From positions 928,001-992,000 of the forward strand of contig CAWDVW010000005.1 in assembly GCA_963805855.1 (NCBI GenBank): a DNA stretch of 64,000 bases. The letters run 5' to 3'. The stretch is from Candidatus Dadabacteria bacterium (GTDB lineage: Bacteria; Desulfobacterota_D; UBA1144; Nemesobacterales; CSP1-2). Position 1 is the first letter of the stretch. Every line of letters begins with the position of its first letter. The notes under the pieces were generated by a model. That model was not told the DNA's origin and did no database searches. It saw nothing but the letters and a program-made list of their open reading frames with translations. Shown in pieces: positions 51,885 to 61,242 of the stretch. Both the position numbers and the translations under genes were made by a program.

Positions 51885-52018
51885 GTCTCGAGGTGTTTAG
51901 AGAAATCTCTTTAGTTTAAAACCGGTTGAGATCTAATAGCCATGAGAGGTTAAAAACGACCCGAATTTCCTCAATCGGACATTTACTTATAGTTATCTAA
52001 CCCGCGCAGAAAAGAGCG

Positions 52019-53170
52019 TTAGGTATCGGAGCCCTTTCCCGTTAACCTACCGAGGTCCTGCAGGATTGACTCCAATTTATCAACATCAATCTCATACTTT
52101 TCTGAGATTTTCCTAAGCTCGCTATTCGGAAGTTCGTATTGAGTGGTTGATGAATTACCTTTTGAGACCTCCGGGTTCCAGGCTTCATTTCTCACTTCGA
52201 GCCTCACCGCATCCCAGCGAGAGTAATGACCCAGAGAGTCAAAAACGGCCTTGACTGCTTTAATCTGATTTGCATAACAATCTGTATATAAAATCGCATC
52301 CTTTTCGAAGCATGGCTCTACTAGATACCTTCCCGCCGGATTTACTATCGCGCTACCACCCTGAGCCCAGCTATAATTGATATGACCGCCATCCCTTATA
52401 TAATGCCACCTCTCTGGAAAATCCTCCGAAGTAAGAAAGCCACACGCACTAAGGACAAATGCACCTGCCTCAAAAGCATGCACTCTTATCAATGACTGAA
52501 GATTACACAAAGCGCCACCTGGACTAGTATCCGCATCAAGTAGCCTGTCTTCACCCCTTTTCCAATTTCCGGGCCAAACGGCTATATGAAAGTCCTCTCC
52601 TCTATGGATCATTGCAGCCCTAACGAGAGGCATATGATTTTCCCAGCAGATAAGCCCTCCGATCCTACCTATTTCAGTATCAAATACCCTTATATCGTCT
52701 GGCCCACCCTGGCCCCAGTACAATCTCTCGGTATATGTGGGCATAAGCTTCCTGTGTCTTCCGATAACATTCCCATTATTTCCAATAAAAAGTAGAGAGT
52801 TGAAAACAGTACAGCTACCCTGACGATCGTCGAGTTCATTGCATCCGATTACCACATAGGCTCCAGCCTCCCTAGCAGCATGTCCTAGAATTTCAGTATC
52901 TTCACCAGGAATTACTATTGAATTTTCCTGAAGCGCAAGCATATAATCTGTCCACTCATGTGGAGGGGTTTCATAACCAACTGTGTAATAAGCAGGATAA
53001 CCCGGGATAAAGGCCTCTGAAAACGCGATGAGCTCTGCTCCATTTCTTCCGGCTTCCTTAATCAATTTAGATGCCTTTTCTATCGTCTTCTGCTTATCCA
53101 TAAATACCGGAGAGGCTTGAACCACAGCGACTTTAACCTTTTCTCTTCCGCCCAGAATCTTTTTCTCCAT
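52019..53170 (-). CDS. Nitrilase (carbon-nitrogen hydrolase)
   Basis: Triad FSEAFIPGYP / HRKLMPT / LICWEN; FDSLGHYSR. Confidence 0.9.
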   Translation of the reverse strand: MEKKILGGREKVKVAVVQASPVFMDKQKTIEKASKLIKEAGRNGAELIAFSEAFIPGYPAYYTVGYETPPHEWTDYMLALQENSIVIPGEDTEILGHAAREAGAYVVIGCNELDDRQGSCTVFNSLLFIGNNGNVIGRHRKLMPTYTERLYWGQGGPDDIRVFDTEIGRIGGLICWENHMPLVRAAMIHRGEDFHIAVWPGNWKRGEDRLLDADTSPGGALCNLQSLIRVHAFEAGAFVLSACGFLTSEDFPERWHYIRDGGHINYSWAQGGSAIVNPAGRYLVEPCFEKDAILYTDCYANQIKAVKAVFDSLGHYSRWDAVRLEVRNEAWNPEVSKGNSSTTQYELPNSELRKISEKYEIDVDKLESILQDLGRLTGKGSDT

Positions 53171-53272
53171 TTCTACTCCTCAATTCAAAAGCATATTCTC
53201 TTCATTTTTTAAATTATCAAAATTCCCAATGACCCTCTTTCCACGATCGATTCTGATAAACCCCTACGTACT

Positions 53273-53659
53273 TCACGTTAATATTATATTCTTATCCTGC
53301 GGCGTTTGCTGCGGAGTACCAGACTTTTCCAGTTTCGCCATAATAAGTGAAAAAAGCCTGTTTTTAAACTCCTCGTCATAGGCACAGATTGACGGAATTA
53401 TAAATCCCAAAAGCGCTATCTGCAGAAGGTATTCGGTATTCGCCAGGATATATTCCTCTTGAAATTGTCCGCCATGAGTTCTACGAAGGTTATTATATAT
53501 CGCGTCCCCAAGCTCACCAACAATTTCTCCAACGCTTTTGTTGCCCCCTTTCTGTCGTGCTGAGACACCCAGATTAAATGCCACGGTTACCGTGCCTAAC
53601 AAATCACCCGGTTCTGGCTGACCCTGTGGCGGGCCTTGCGGTTGACCTTGTTCTTCCAT
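53273..53659 (-). CDS. Hypothetical protein
   Basis: 128 aa, GGAGG RBS, Q/P-rich termini; no recognised motif. Confidence 0.65.
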   Translation of the reverse strand: MEEQGQPQGPPQGQPEPGDLLGTVTVAFNLGVSARQKGGNKSVGEIVGELGDAIYNNLRRTHGGQFQEEYILANTEYLLQIALLGFIIPSICAYDEEFKNRLFSLIMAKLEKSGTPQQTPQDKNIILT

Positions 53660-53828
53660 GTCTTAAAACCTCCGATGAATAAGATAGATATTAAAACATA
53701 TTAAAATTTATCGTCTACGTATTCAAGTCTCAGAATTATACAAAGAAACAATCCTTCGATCCTTCGATTGACTCAGACAGGTGCTCAGATCAATTTCAGG
53801 GGTCAGACAGGAAATGGCGAGCTGTGTC

Positions 53829-53857
53829 GTAGAGACGCAAAATTTTGCGTCTCTACA
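53829..53857. repeat. GTAG-type REP palindrome
   Basis: GTAGAGACGCAAAATTTTGCGTCTCTAC, perfect palindrome. Confidence 0.8.
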
Positions 53858-53983
53858 AATAATACCTTTATCCCAATCCTAAAGATGGCGAAATTAGAAT
53901 GGGCCTCAAATTATTGAGTTTGAGCAATTGATTTAAAAAGCTATTAATGTATAAGTATTAATATAAATTCAGAGGAGGGAAAA

Positions 53984-55675
53984 ATGGCTAAGGTTCACGG
54001 TGGATGGCTGGTTGCAAGGACACTACACGAGCTTGGCGTTAGAGAGGTCTTTTCACTCAGTGGCGGCCACATAAACCCGATCTATGATGCCTGTCAGGAC
54101 TTCGACATTAGGATCATCGATACCCATCACGAGCAAGGCGCATCCATGGCCGCCGACGCTTACGGGAGGGTCAAGAGAAAACCGGGCATCTGCCTTGTCA
54201 CAGCGGGTCCCGGGTTCACAAACACAGTTACAGGAATCGCCGGAGCCTATCTATCCAATTCCCCTCTAATTCTTCTCTCCGGGAAATCGGGAATCGAAGA
54301 AAACGACAGGCTTCCTCTCCAGGACATCGATCAACATTCAATAATCACGCCGATAACCAAATGGGCAAGCACCGTATTTGATACAAAGAGAATCCCAGAA
54401 TATATAACCACGGCCTACAGAAAAGCCATTTCGGGAAAGCCGGGGCCGGTATACATAGGAATGCCATACGAAGTTTTATATGCAAGCTGCGATCAGGAAC
54501 AGGTTAACCGCTATAACACAATCATTCCTGACTATAAGACCGAGCCTTCACAGGAATCCATTGTCCAGGCGATTAAAATGTTAAAAGCCTCAAAAAGGCC
54601 CCTGGCAATCGCGGGAAGCGGCGCATGGTATTCCGGTGCGGATAAAGAGCTCCGAAGGTTCTTAGACAATGCGCAGATTCCGATTTATACATTAAATTTC
54701 GGAAGGGGAATAGTCTCCGATAGCCACAGACAATGCTTTGGACCTGCTAGCCTTTCAGGCCCGGTAGCCTTCAAGAAGATATCCTCGGAGGCAGATTTAA
54801 TAATGCTCTTAGGCATAAGACTGAGCCTCTACATTGGGTTCGGGAGGTCCTTCAATCCCGAGGCAAAAATAATTCAGGTCGATATCGATCCCGGAGAAAT
54901 AGGGAGAAATAGGCCGGCAGATTTGGGGATTGTAGGTGACATAAGTAAATTCCTCTCTCAGCTATCCAATTATATTGAGGAAAACTCACTCAAGCTTAAC
55001 TACGAGCCATGGTTTAAAAAAGCAAGGTCCTGGAGAGACGAAGAATGGGATGCGTCCGAAGAGATCAGAAACTCTGATAAAACCCCCATCCATGCCCTCA
55101 GGGTAATAAAGGAAGTCGAAGAGGTGTTCGGTGAAGATGGAATGCTGGTCATAGACGGCGGCGACACACAGGCCTGGACAGATGGTACGTACAGAGTGAG
55201 GAAACCGGGTCATTACGTAAAAGGTGGACCACTTGGTTGCATGGGGGTAGGGGTACCATTCGCAATCGGAACAAAGGTGGCTTATCCCGAAAAGCAGGTA
55301 GCGCTCATTAGCGGAGACGGGGCTATCGGTATGAATTTCATGGAATTTGAGACAGCAATTAGGCATAAGATCCCATTTGTAGCCGTGGTCTGCAACGATC
55401 AGTCATGGGGCATGACTAAGCATCAGCTCTGGCTTACCTATGGAAGGGAGAGACCTACTGCGGGTGTCGACCTTGAGCTAACGCCATTTCATGAGATGGT
55501 GAAGGTTCTGGGCGGATATGGAGAACTCGTTACGGAACCTGCGAAAATACGTAGTGCTATAGAGAGAGCAATTTCCTCGGGTGTAGCCTCACTCATAAAT
55601 ATCACCACCGACCCCGAAGCAATAAGCCCTTCAACATATGGGCTTACCCAGATGATGCTTCCAAAGGAGAAATGA
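53984..55675 (+). CDS. Thiamine-diphosphate-dependent enzyme (acetolactate synthase / 2-hydroxyacyl-CoA lyase-like)
   Basis: LSGGHI, HHEQGA, LGCMGVG, SGDGAIG...CND ThDP motif. Confidence 0.9.
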   Translation: MAKVHGGWLVARTLHELGVREVFSLSGGHINPIYDACQDFDIRIIDTHHEQGASMAADAYGRVKRKPGICLVTAGPGFTNTVTGIAGAYLSNSPLILLSGKSGIEENDRLPLQDIDQHSIITPITKWASTVFDTKRIPEYITTAYRKAISGKPGPVYIGMPYEVLYASCDQEQVNRYNTIIPDYKTEPSQESIVQAIKMLKASKRPLAIAGSGAWYSGADKELRRFLDNAQIPIYTLNFGRGIVSDSHRQCFGPASLSGPVAFKKISSEADLIMLLGIRLSLYIGFGRSFNPEAKIIQVDIDPGEIGRNRPADLGIVGDISKFLSQLSNYIEENSLKLNYEPWFKKARSWRDEEWDASEEIRNSDKTPIHALRVIKEVEEVFGEDGMLVIDGGDTQAWTDGTYRVRKPGHYVKGGPLGCMGVGVPFAIGTKVAYPEKQVALISGDGAIGMNFMEFETAIRHKIPFVAVVCNDQSWGMTKHQLWLTYGRERPTAGVDLELTPFHEMVKVLGGYGELVTEPAKIRSAIERAISSGVASLINITTDPEAISPSTYGLTQMMLPKEK

Positions 55676-55794
55676 TTTAGCCACAAATTAACACAAATGG
55701 ACACGAATAAATATGGCTTCAATCTATCACGAGCAAGCCTGTCCTGAGCAATGCCGAAGGGACTCGTGATCTACCCAATTATTGGGAAATAAAA

Positions 55795-56120
55795 AGGATC
55801 GGGTAGCCCGCCAGTCTTGCTGGCGGGTGATAAGCGGTGACCAAGCGTCCGTACCGAGCTTGGCCGAGGGTAGGAATTATAAAAGAGAAACAGGACGCAT
55901 GACCCTTCTTTAAATCAAACCTCGCAGTTGTCCTAAAATGGGAGGTCAATGTGCATGCCTCACATGAAACATTTGTTGAAGTATCTGTTGTCTCCATGAC
56001 CTTTTTTACCAAGAGATGGTAGAAAAATGGAAAGAAAGACTGCTCGAGCTTCAGACTACAAGAACTGGAAATTGATCGTAACCGGTTTCTCCGTCTCAGT
56101 AGTCATGGAAGTTACTTTAA
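55795..56120 (+). mobile_element. Degenerate IS110-like element: structured 5' non-coding region plus decayed transposase N-terminus
   Basis: GGAGG (55941) then GTG at 55951 giving ETFVEVSVVSMTFFTKRW*; another frame gives KLIVTGF..VVMEVT (56099-56116). These resemble the IS110 FVGIDV and VVMEATG motifs. Hairpins lie upstream. Confidence 0.55.
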
Positions 56121-56174
56121 GTGATATAACCAAGCACCGGGTGCTAAGGGACAAGTAATCAAGAAAGGTAATAG

Positions 56175-57497
56175 ATGACAAAAAACAACTCCAAGACGAT
56201 TTTTGGCTGGTGCATGTACGACTGGGCAAACTCAGCATACTCTACAACGGTCGCTGCAGGGCTCCTTCCGGTGTATTTCGCCACTGTCGTTGTGGGTTCT
56301 GATGGCTTAACGATTGGAGGTACTAACGTCAGCGCCACCACGCTCTGGGGCATAATCGTCGGTATGGCTGCTTTAACCACATTTCTTGTAACTCCCGTAC
56401 TTGGCGCAATCGCAGACTTTGCGAATGCCAAAAAGCGTTTCTTGCTTCTACTTGCCTACACGGGTTCGCTCTTCACCCTATTTCTCTATTTTTCTAAAGA
56501 AGGAGATGTGTTCAGCACCCTGATCATCTTCTTCATTACGCAGGTGTGTTTTATCGGCGCCAATGTATTTTATGATGCCTTCCTCCCCCACATTTGTACT
56601 GACGAGGAAATGGATATGATCTCCAGCAAGGGTTTTTCATACGGCTATATAGGGGGAGGGCTTCAGTTTGCGCTGACGCTTGCGCTTGTTGCGGGACACA
56701 ACTTCATTGGAATATCTCAAGCCATGGCGGTGAGGATCGGCATACTGGGGGCGGGGCTCTGGTGGGCAGGTTTTACGATCTTTACGGCGAAATATCTGAT
56801 TGAAACTCGTCGGGCAAGTTCTCGTCCAGACCATCAGGGCGATCTCGGTTTGTCTCCCTTGGTATACGCTCGCGTGGGGTTTTCACGACTGATTCAAACC
56901 ACGAAGCACGTTCGGAGATTTCGACACCTCGTGCTTTTTCTCATAGCCTTCATGCTTTATAACGACGCGATACAAACTGTGCTCGATATGGCTACCATCT
57001 ACGGAGCGGAAGAGCTCAAACTTTCGGCAACACCACTACTTGTCACGCTCCTGATTATCCAGTTGGTTGCCGCCGTCGGGGCATTTATATTTGGCAGGTT
57101 CGCGGCGATTGTCGGGACAAAAAGAGCCGTCATGGCAACACTTGCGCTCTGGTCTTTGATTGTAGTTTATGCCTACTTCATAACAACGACACTCCAGTTT
57201 TTCGCCGCGGGCGTTATGGTTGGAATCGTTATGGGCGGGTCTCAGGCACTCAGCCGTTCGTTTTACGGCTCAATGATTCCAAAAGAGGCGAGCGCCGAGT
57301 TCTACGGCTTTTACACAGTCTTTAGTAAATTCTCGGCAATCTGGGGCCCTTTTGTATTCGCCTTCATCCGTCAGACTACTGGCTCGGCGAGGAACTCAAT
57401 TCTTTCAATCGTAGTTTTTTTCATAGCTGGACTTGTTCTCTTACATTTCGTTGACGAAAAAAAGGCGCGGGAAGCAAAACTCGCAGGTGCCTTTTAG
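56175..57497 (+). CDS. MFS transporter (UMF1/BtlA-like)
   Basis: WCMYDWANSAY, NVFYDAFLP, GGSQALSRS, EFYGFY. Confidence 0.9.
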   Translation: MTKNNSKTIFGWCMYDWANSAYSTTVAAGLLPVYFATVVVGSDGLTIGGTNVSATTLWGIIVGMAALTTFLVTPVLGAIADFANAKKRFLLLLAYTGSLFTLFLYFSKEGDVFSTLIIFFITQVCFIGANVFYDAFLPHICTDEEMDMISSKGFSYGYIGGGLQFALTLALVAGHNFIGISQAMAVRIGILGAGLWWAGFTIFTAKYLIETRRASSRPDHQGDLGLSPLVYARVGFSRLIQTTKHVRRFRHLVLFLIAFMLYNDAIQTVLDMATIYGAEELKLSATPLLVTLLIIQLVAAVGAFIFGRFAAIVGTKRAVMATLALWSLIVVYAYFITTTLQFFAAGVMVGIVMGGSQALSRSFYGSMIPKEASAEFYGFYTVFSKFSAIWGPFVFAFIRQTTGSARNSILSIVVFFIAGLVLLHFVDEKKAREAKLAGAF

Positions 57498-57770
57498 CAG
57501 AGGTTTCAGGTTTCGGGATAATTTCATTAGGGTCACGACATAACTTCCGGACGAAGCAATAGTGACGGAAACAGCCCTCAATGAACATGAGCAACTCTTC
57601 GAAAGCGGAACAAACTTATCCCCGTGCATCCTGAGCCCAGTCGAAGGATCATATTTGATCGGTTTCTATTTTTGGTCACACTTCAATAATTCCTGCTGAA
57701 TTCCTGCTGTCCTGTTACTCGCGATTTTCCGGATGACCTAATTTGGCTCTTCCTATAACCTTAAAAAGAA

Positions 57771-57874
57771 AAAGGGGGCACGCAAACCTTATTTTCTGTA
57801 AAAGAGTCGTGAAGAGGGCAAAGAAACGAATTGATTACCGAATCATGAAATTATCCATAGTCAAGATGTGTCAC
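57771..57874. repeat. ~100-bp MITE-like direct repeat, copy 1
   Basis: AAAGGGG..CAC ... AAGAGTCGTGAAGAG..AAAGAAA ... TCCATAGTCAAGATGTGTCAC, shared with 58708-58810. Confidence 0.85.
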
Positions 57875-58039
57875 TGTTTTGTTTTATTTCCTTAGCTTTC
57901 GATAGAAGATTTACAAAACAATATATAAATCTTTACAGTATGATTGGTGCTCAATTACATGCATGACACTGAGCGCGTTTTGAAGTTTCTGACAGCTATT
58001 CATCCATTCAGGACAAGGTCAAGCAACGACCCCGAAAAA

Positions 58040-58071
58040 CGACCCCGCTCCAACGCATAGTTAGGTGGCAT
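58040..58071 (-). mobile_element. Partial attC site (inverse core and L'' box only)
   Basis: Minus strand GCCACCTAAC-TATGC-GTTGGAGCGG overlapping the cassette stop codon; no complementary right half found. Confidence 0.7.
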
Positions 58072-58474
58072 GCTGGACGACGCAAAACATCAGGACGCCG
58101 AGACCGGCGGCAACTGTGAGCATGAGCGCTGCGAAGATGTACAAGAATATCGATAGCACGAGCATTTCTGGAGCGACACGGAATCCGAGCGCGTCGCGAA
58201 TCCGAAATACCTCTTGGCGAACGAATTTCTGCTGCACGCCACCGTATATGAATAGGCCGGCGAATAGAATGCTCATGAGCAGCGGCAGCGCGAGCGTCCA
58301 CCGCATCAGCGATTCAGATTGATGCGCAAAGTAGTAAGAGACAAGCGCACCAGTAATTGCGTAGTAGAAGACGTTCAGCTCAATCGTGAGCTTCAGATAG
58401 TGCTTGTAGAGATCGACACTTATCTCATATTGGCGCATCAGTTCGGCGCGGGTCGGAAATGGCTGGGCGCTCAT
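58061..58474 (-). CDS. Integron gene cassette ORF, hypothetical membrane protein with about 3 TM segments
   Basis: Visibly GC-richer than its flanks; GTTAGGT core site just before the ATG and ACCTAAC at the stop. Confidence 0.8.
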   Translation of the reverse strand: MSAQPFPTRAELMRQYEISVDLYKHYLKLTIELNVFYYAITGALVSYYFAHQSESLMRWTLALPLLMSILFAGLFIYGGVQQKFVRQEVFRIRDALGFRVAPEMLVLSIFLYIFAALMLTVAAGLGVLMFCVVQHAT

Positions 58475-58478
58475 GTGA

Positions 58479-58523
58479 ATGCCACCTAACTACTGATTAT
58501 ACGGAATTATTTCCGTATAATCA
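58479..58523 (-). mobile_element. attI-like recombination region
   Basis: GTTAGGT core (58490-58484) plus adjacent 13-bp-arm palindrome TGATTATACGGAA-TTAT-TTCCGTATAATCA, between the cassette and the divergent intI stub. Confidence 0.6.
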
Positions 58524-58621
58524 TCTCTTTTCGAGTACTATGCAGAATCCGTAACTCTCTTTTCCTTTGTTTGGGAGTATAATTTAAATGACCCTTTAAT
58601 TCAAATTGCGTGTGAAAAATT

Positions 58622-58765
58622 ATGAGACAACGCACCAAAAAACTTCTCGATCGTGCACGAGAGACCATACGGCGAAAGAATTACCCTATTCGTACGGAAA
58701 GAGTAATAAAGGGGAACACAACATTTAATTTATGTATAAGAGTCGTGAAGAGAGGAAAGAAATAA
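58622..58765 (+). pseudogene. intI: Truncated integron integrase N-terminus
   Basis: MRQRTKKLLDRARETIRRKNYPIRTER matches the IntI start (KLLDQVR..IR.KHYS.RTE); similarity ends where repeat copy 2 begins. Confidence 0.8.
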
Positions 58766-58810
58766 ATTAATGGCGTAATCTCGAAACCGTCCATAGTCAA
58801 GATGTGTCAC
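58708..58810. repeat. ~100-bp MITE-like direct repeat, copy 2
   Basis: Diverged copy of 57771-57874. Confidence 0.85.
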
Positions 58811-58968
58811 CTTTATTCTTGTGACCCCAAAAGTATCTGCTTCATTTATCTTACTTTTCATTCTAACTTCTTTGTCTTGATACAAAGAAGCTACGCTTCG
58901 ATCCTTCGATAATGCCTCAGGACAAGGCTACCCAAAATCCTCCTTTAGAAAAGGAGGAAATGAAATGT

Positions 58969-58992
58969 GGAGGTCTAAAGACCTCCGCTACA
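58969..58992. repeat. GTAG-type REP (single unit)
   Basis: GGAGGTCTAAAGACCTCCGCTACA, same family as 9929-9952. Confidence 0.75.
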
Positions 58993-59285
58993 TTTGATTC
59001 CCACGTCTTTCCATGTATTAATGCCCGTTCGGGGAACGGGCGCTAAATTCATCTTTTCTGCGCCCATCCTCCCCTTTAGGAAAGGGGAGTTAGAGGGGAT
59101 TTTAACGTCTTCGCTTCTGATTTTCTTAACGCAATTTTTGGAAGGCCCTTTAAGCACTTTTCATTCTGAAAAGGTTTGGTGGAACTAAAACTATCCATCA
59201 AACCGTAAGAATTTTGTCCACGAAGCATCTAACATTTAGAGAAATGACATATGGACTAATATAAAAATAGTTGATATAAAAGAAT

Positions 59286-61082
59286 TTATGAGGTCTTGAG
59301 GACGGCCAAGAAGGCCTCCTGGGGGATTTCAATCTTCCCGATCTGTTTCAGGCGTTTTTTTCCTTCTTTCTGCTTTTCAAGCAGCTTCCTTTTCCTCGTC
59401 ACGTCTCCGCCGTAGCACTTCGCCGTAACGTCCTTCCTCACAGCCTTTACATTCTCGCGAGCTATTACGCGGTTTCCGATCGCCGCCTGGATCGCAACCT
59501 CATAGAGCTGTCTCGGGATTATCTCCCTGAGTTTTTCGATCAGCACCTTCCCCCTCTCATAGGATTTTTCCTTATGGACGATAATCGAAAGCGCGTCAAC
59601 AGGCTCACCGTTTATCAGGATGTCTAGCTTTATTAGATCGGAGGACTTATACCCCATCGGCTCATAATCCATAGATGCATAACCACGGGACACAGATTTC
59701 AAGGCGTCGTAGAAATCGAAAATTATTTCTGATAGCGGCAATTCATATTTCACAATGACCCTGTCCTGTGTGACATAATTTATTTCAGATTGAAGTCCCC
59801 GCCTCCTCCTGCATATTTCAAAGATGGAACCCAAATATTGAGTCGGTGTGTGAATACTGACAAGCACATACGGCTCTTCTATAAACTCGATTTTATCCGG
59901 TTTTGGAAGCTTGCTTGGATTATCTACAAAATAAACATCTCCCGACTTATCATTAATCCTATAAACTACAGTCGGGGCGGTTGAGATTAGATCAAGTTCA
60001 GCCTCCCTCTCCAATCTCTCCCTCACGATCTCCATGTGAAGCAGACCAAGAAACCCACACCGAAAACCAAACCCGAGGGCGACCGAGGTTTCAGGTTCAT
60101 AGATTAGAGAAGAATCGTTCAATGCCAGCTTTTCAAGTTCGTCCCTTAGTTTTTCATAATCACCGGGGTCAATGGGATAGAGTCCGCTAAATACCATCGG
60201 CTTCATGACGCGAAAACCCGAAAGAGGAGAATTCGTTGTGCTCATCGCATCCGTTATGGTATCACCAACCTTCGCCTCCTTTATCTCTTTTATGGCAGCC
60301 GTAATAAATCCTACCTCGCCCGTCGCCAGCTCCCCAACTTCAATAGCGTGAGGAGAAAATACACCTAACTTTTTAATTTCATACATCTTGCCCGTGGACA
60401 TGAGCTTTACCCTCATTCCGAGCCTTACGCTTCCCTCAAAGACCCTGACAAGCATCACCACTCCCTGGTACGAATCAAACCAGCTGTCAAAAATCAATGC
60501 CTTCAGTGGTTCATTTACAGCCGGCTTGGGAGGAGGGATCTTCAATATGACAGCTTCAAGAATCTCCTTAATACCGATACCTTCTTTAGCACTCGCAAGG
60601 AGTGCGTTCTCGGCTTCTATCCCTATGACGTTCTCTATCTCTTTAACTACCCTCCCCGGGTCGGCAGAGGGAAGATCAATCTTGTTTATCACCGGAATCA
60701 ATTCAAGCCCGGAATCGGACGCAAGATATGCATTAGCGACTGTCTGTGCCTCGACACCCTGTGATGCATCCACAACAAGAATAGCGCCCTCACAGGCCAT
60801 TAAACTCCTCGAAACCTCGTAGCTGAAGTCCACATGACCGGGCGTGTCAATCAGATTCAACTCGTAATTATTGCCATCGTCCGCCTTATAGTTTAGCCTC
60901 ACGGCTTGCGCCTTAATGGTTATTCCCCGTTCCCTCTCTATCTCCATGGTGTCAAGAAATTGCTCTGTCATTTCACGCTGACTTACACTGCCGGTTATCT
61001 CAAGGATTCTATCCGCAAGCGTAGATTTCCCATGATCTACATGAGCGATTATGCAAAAATTCCTAATATATTTAGATTCCAT
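59286..61082 (-). CDS. lepA: Elongation factor 4
   Basis: [30 protein letters not shown]. Confidence 0.98.
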   Translation of the reverse strand: MESKYIRNFCIIAHVDHGKSTLADRILEITGSVSQREMTEQFLDTMEIERERGITIKAQAVRLNYKADDGNNYELNLIDTPGHVDFSYEVSRSLMACEGAILVVDASQGVEAQTVANAYLASDSGLELIPVINKIDLPSADPGRVVKEIENVIGIEAENALLASAKEGIGIKEILEAVILKIPPPKPAVNEPLKALIFDSWFDSYQGVVMLVRVFEGSVRLGMRVKLMSTGKMYEIKKLGVFSPHAIEVGELATGEVGFITAAIKEIKEAKVGDTITDAMSTTNSPLSGFRVMKPMVFSGLYPIDPGDYEKLRDELEKLALNDSSLIYEPETSVALGFGFRCGFLGLLHMEIVRERLEREAELDLISTAPTVVYRINDKSGDVYFVDNPSKLPKPDKIEFIEEPYVLVSIHTPTQYLGSIFEICRRRRGLQSEINYVTQDRVIVKYELPLSEIIFDFYDALKSVSRGYASMDYEPMGYKSSDLIKLDILINGEPVDALSIIVHKEKSYERGKVLIEKLREIIPRQLYEVAIQAAIGNRVIARENVKAVRKDVTAKCYGGDVTRKRKLLEKQKEGKKRLKQIGKIEIPQEAFLAVLKTS

Positions 61083-61242
61083 CTTCGAAACGGATTAGTA
61101 TAAAGTATGTAATCGCTTATTCAAATTTGGAATCATCAATCAATGGCAGTTCTATAGCGATAATAATTGATAAGAAAATAATCCATTCTGGAAAACCTAA
61201 ATTGAGTCGAATCGATTGTATTGATATAATGTCTCTTATATC

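Noticed and set aside
55779-56238. Minus-strand ORFs of 77 and 60 aa
   Set aside because: No recognisable motifs; better explained as the antisense of the IS110-like remnant.
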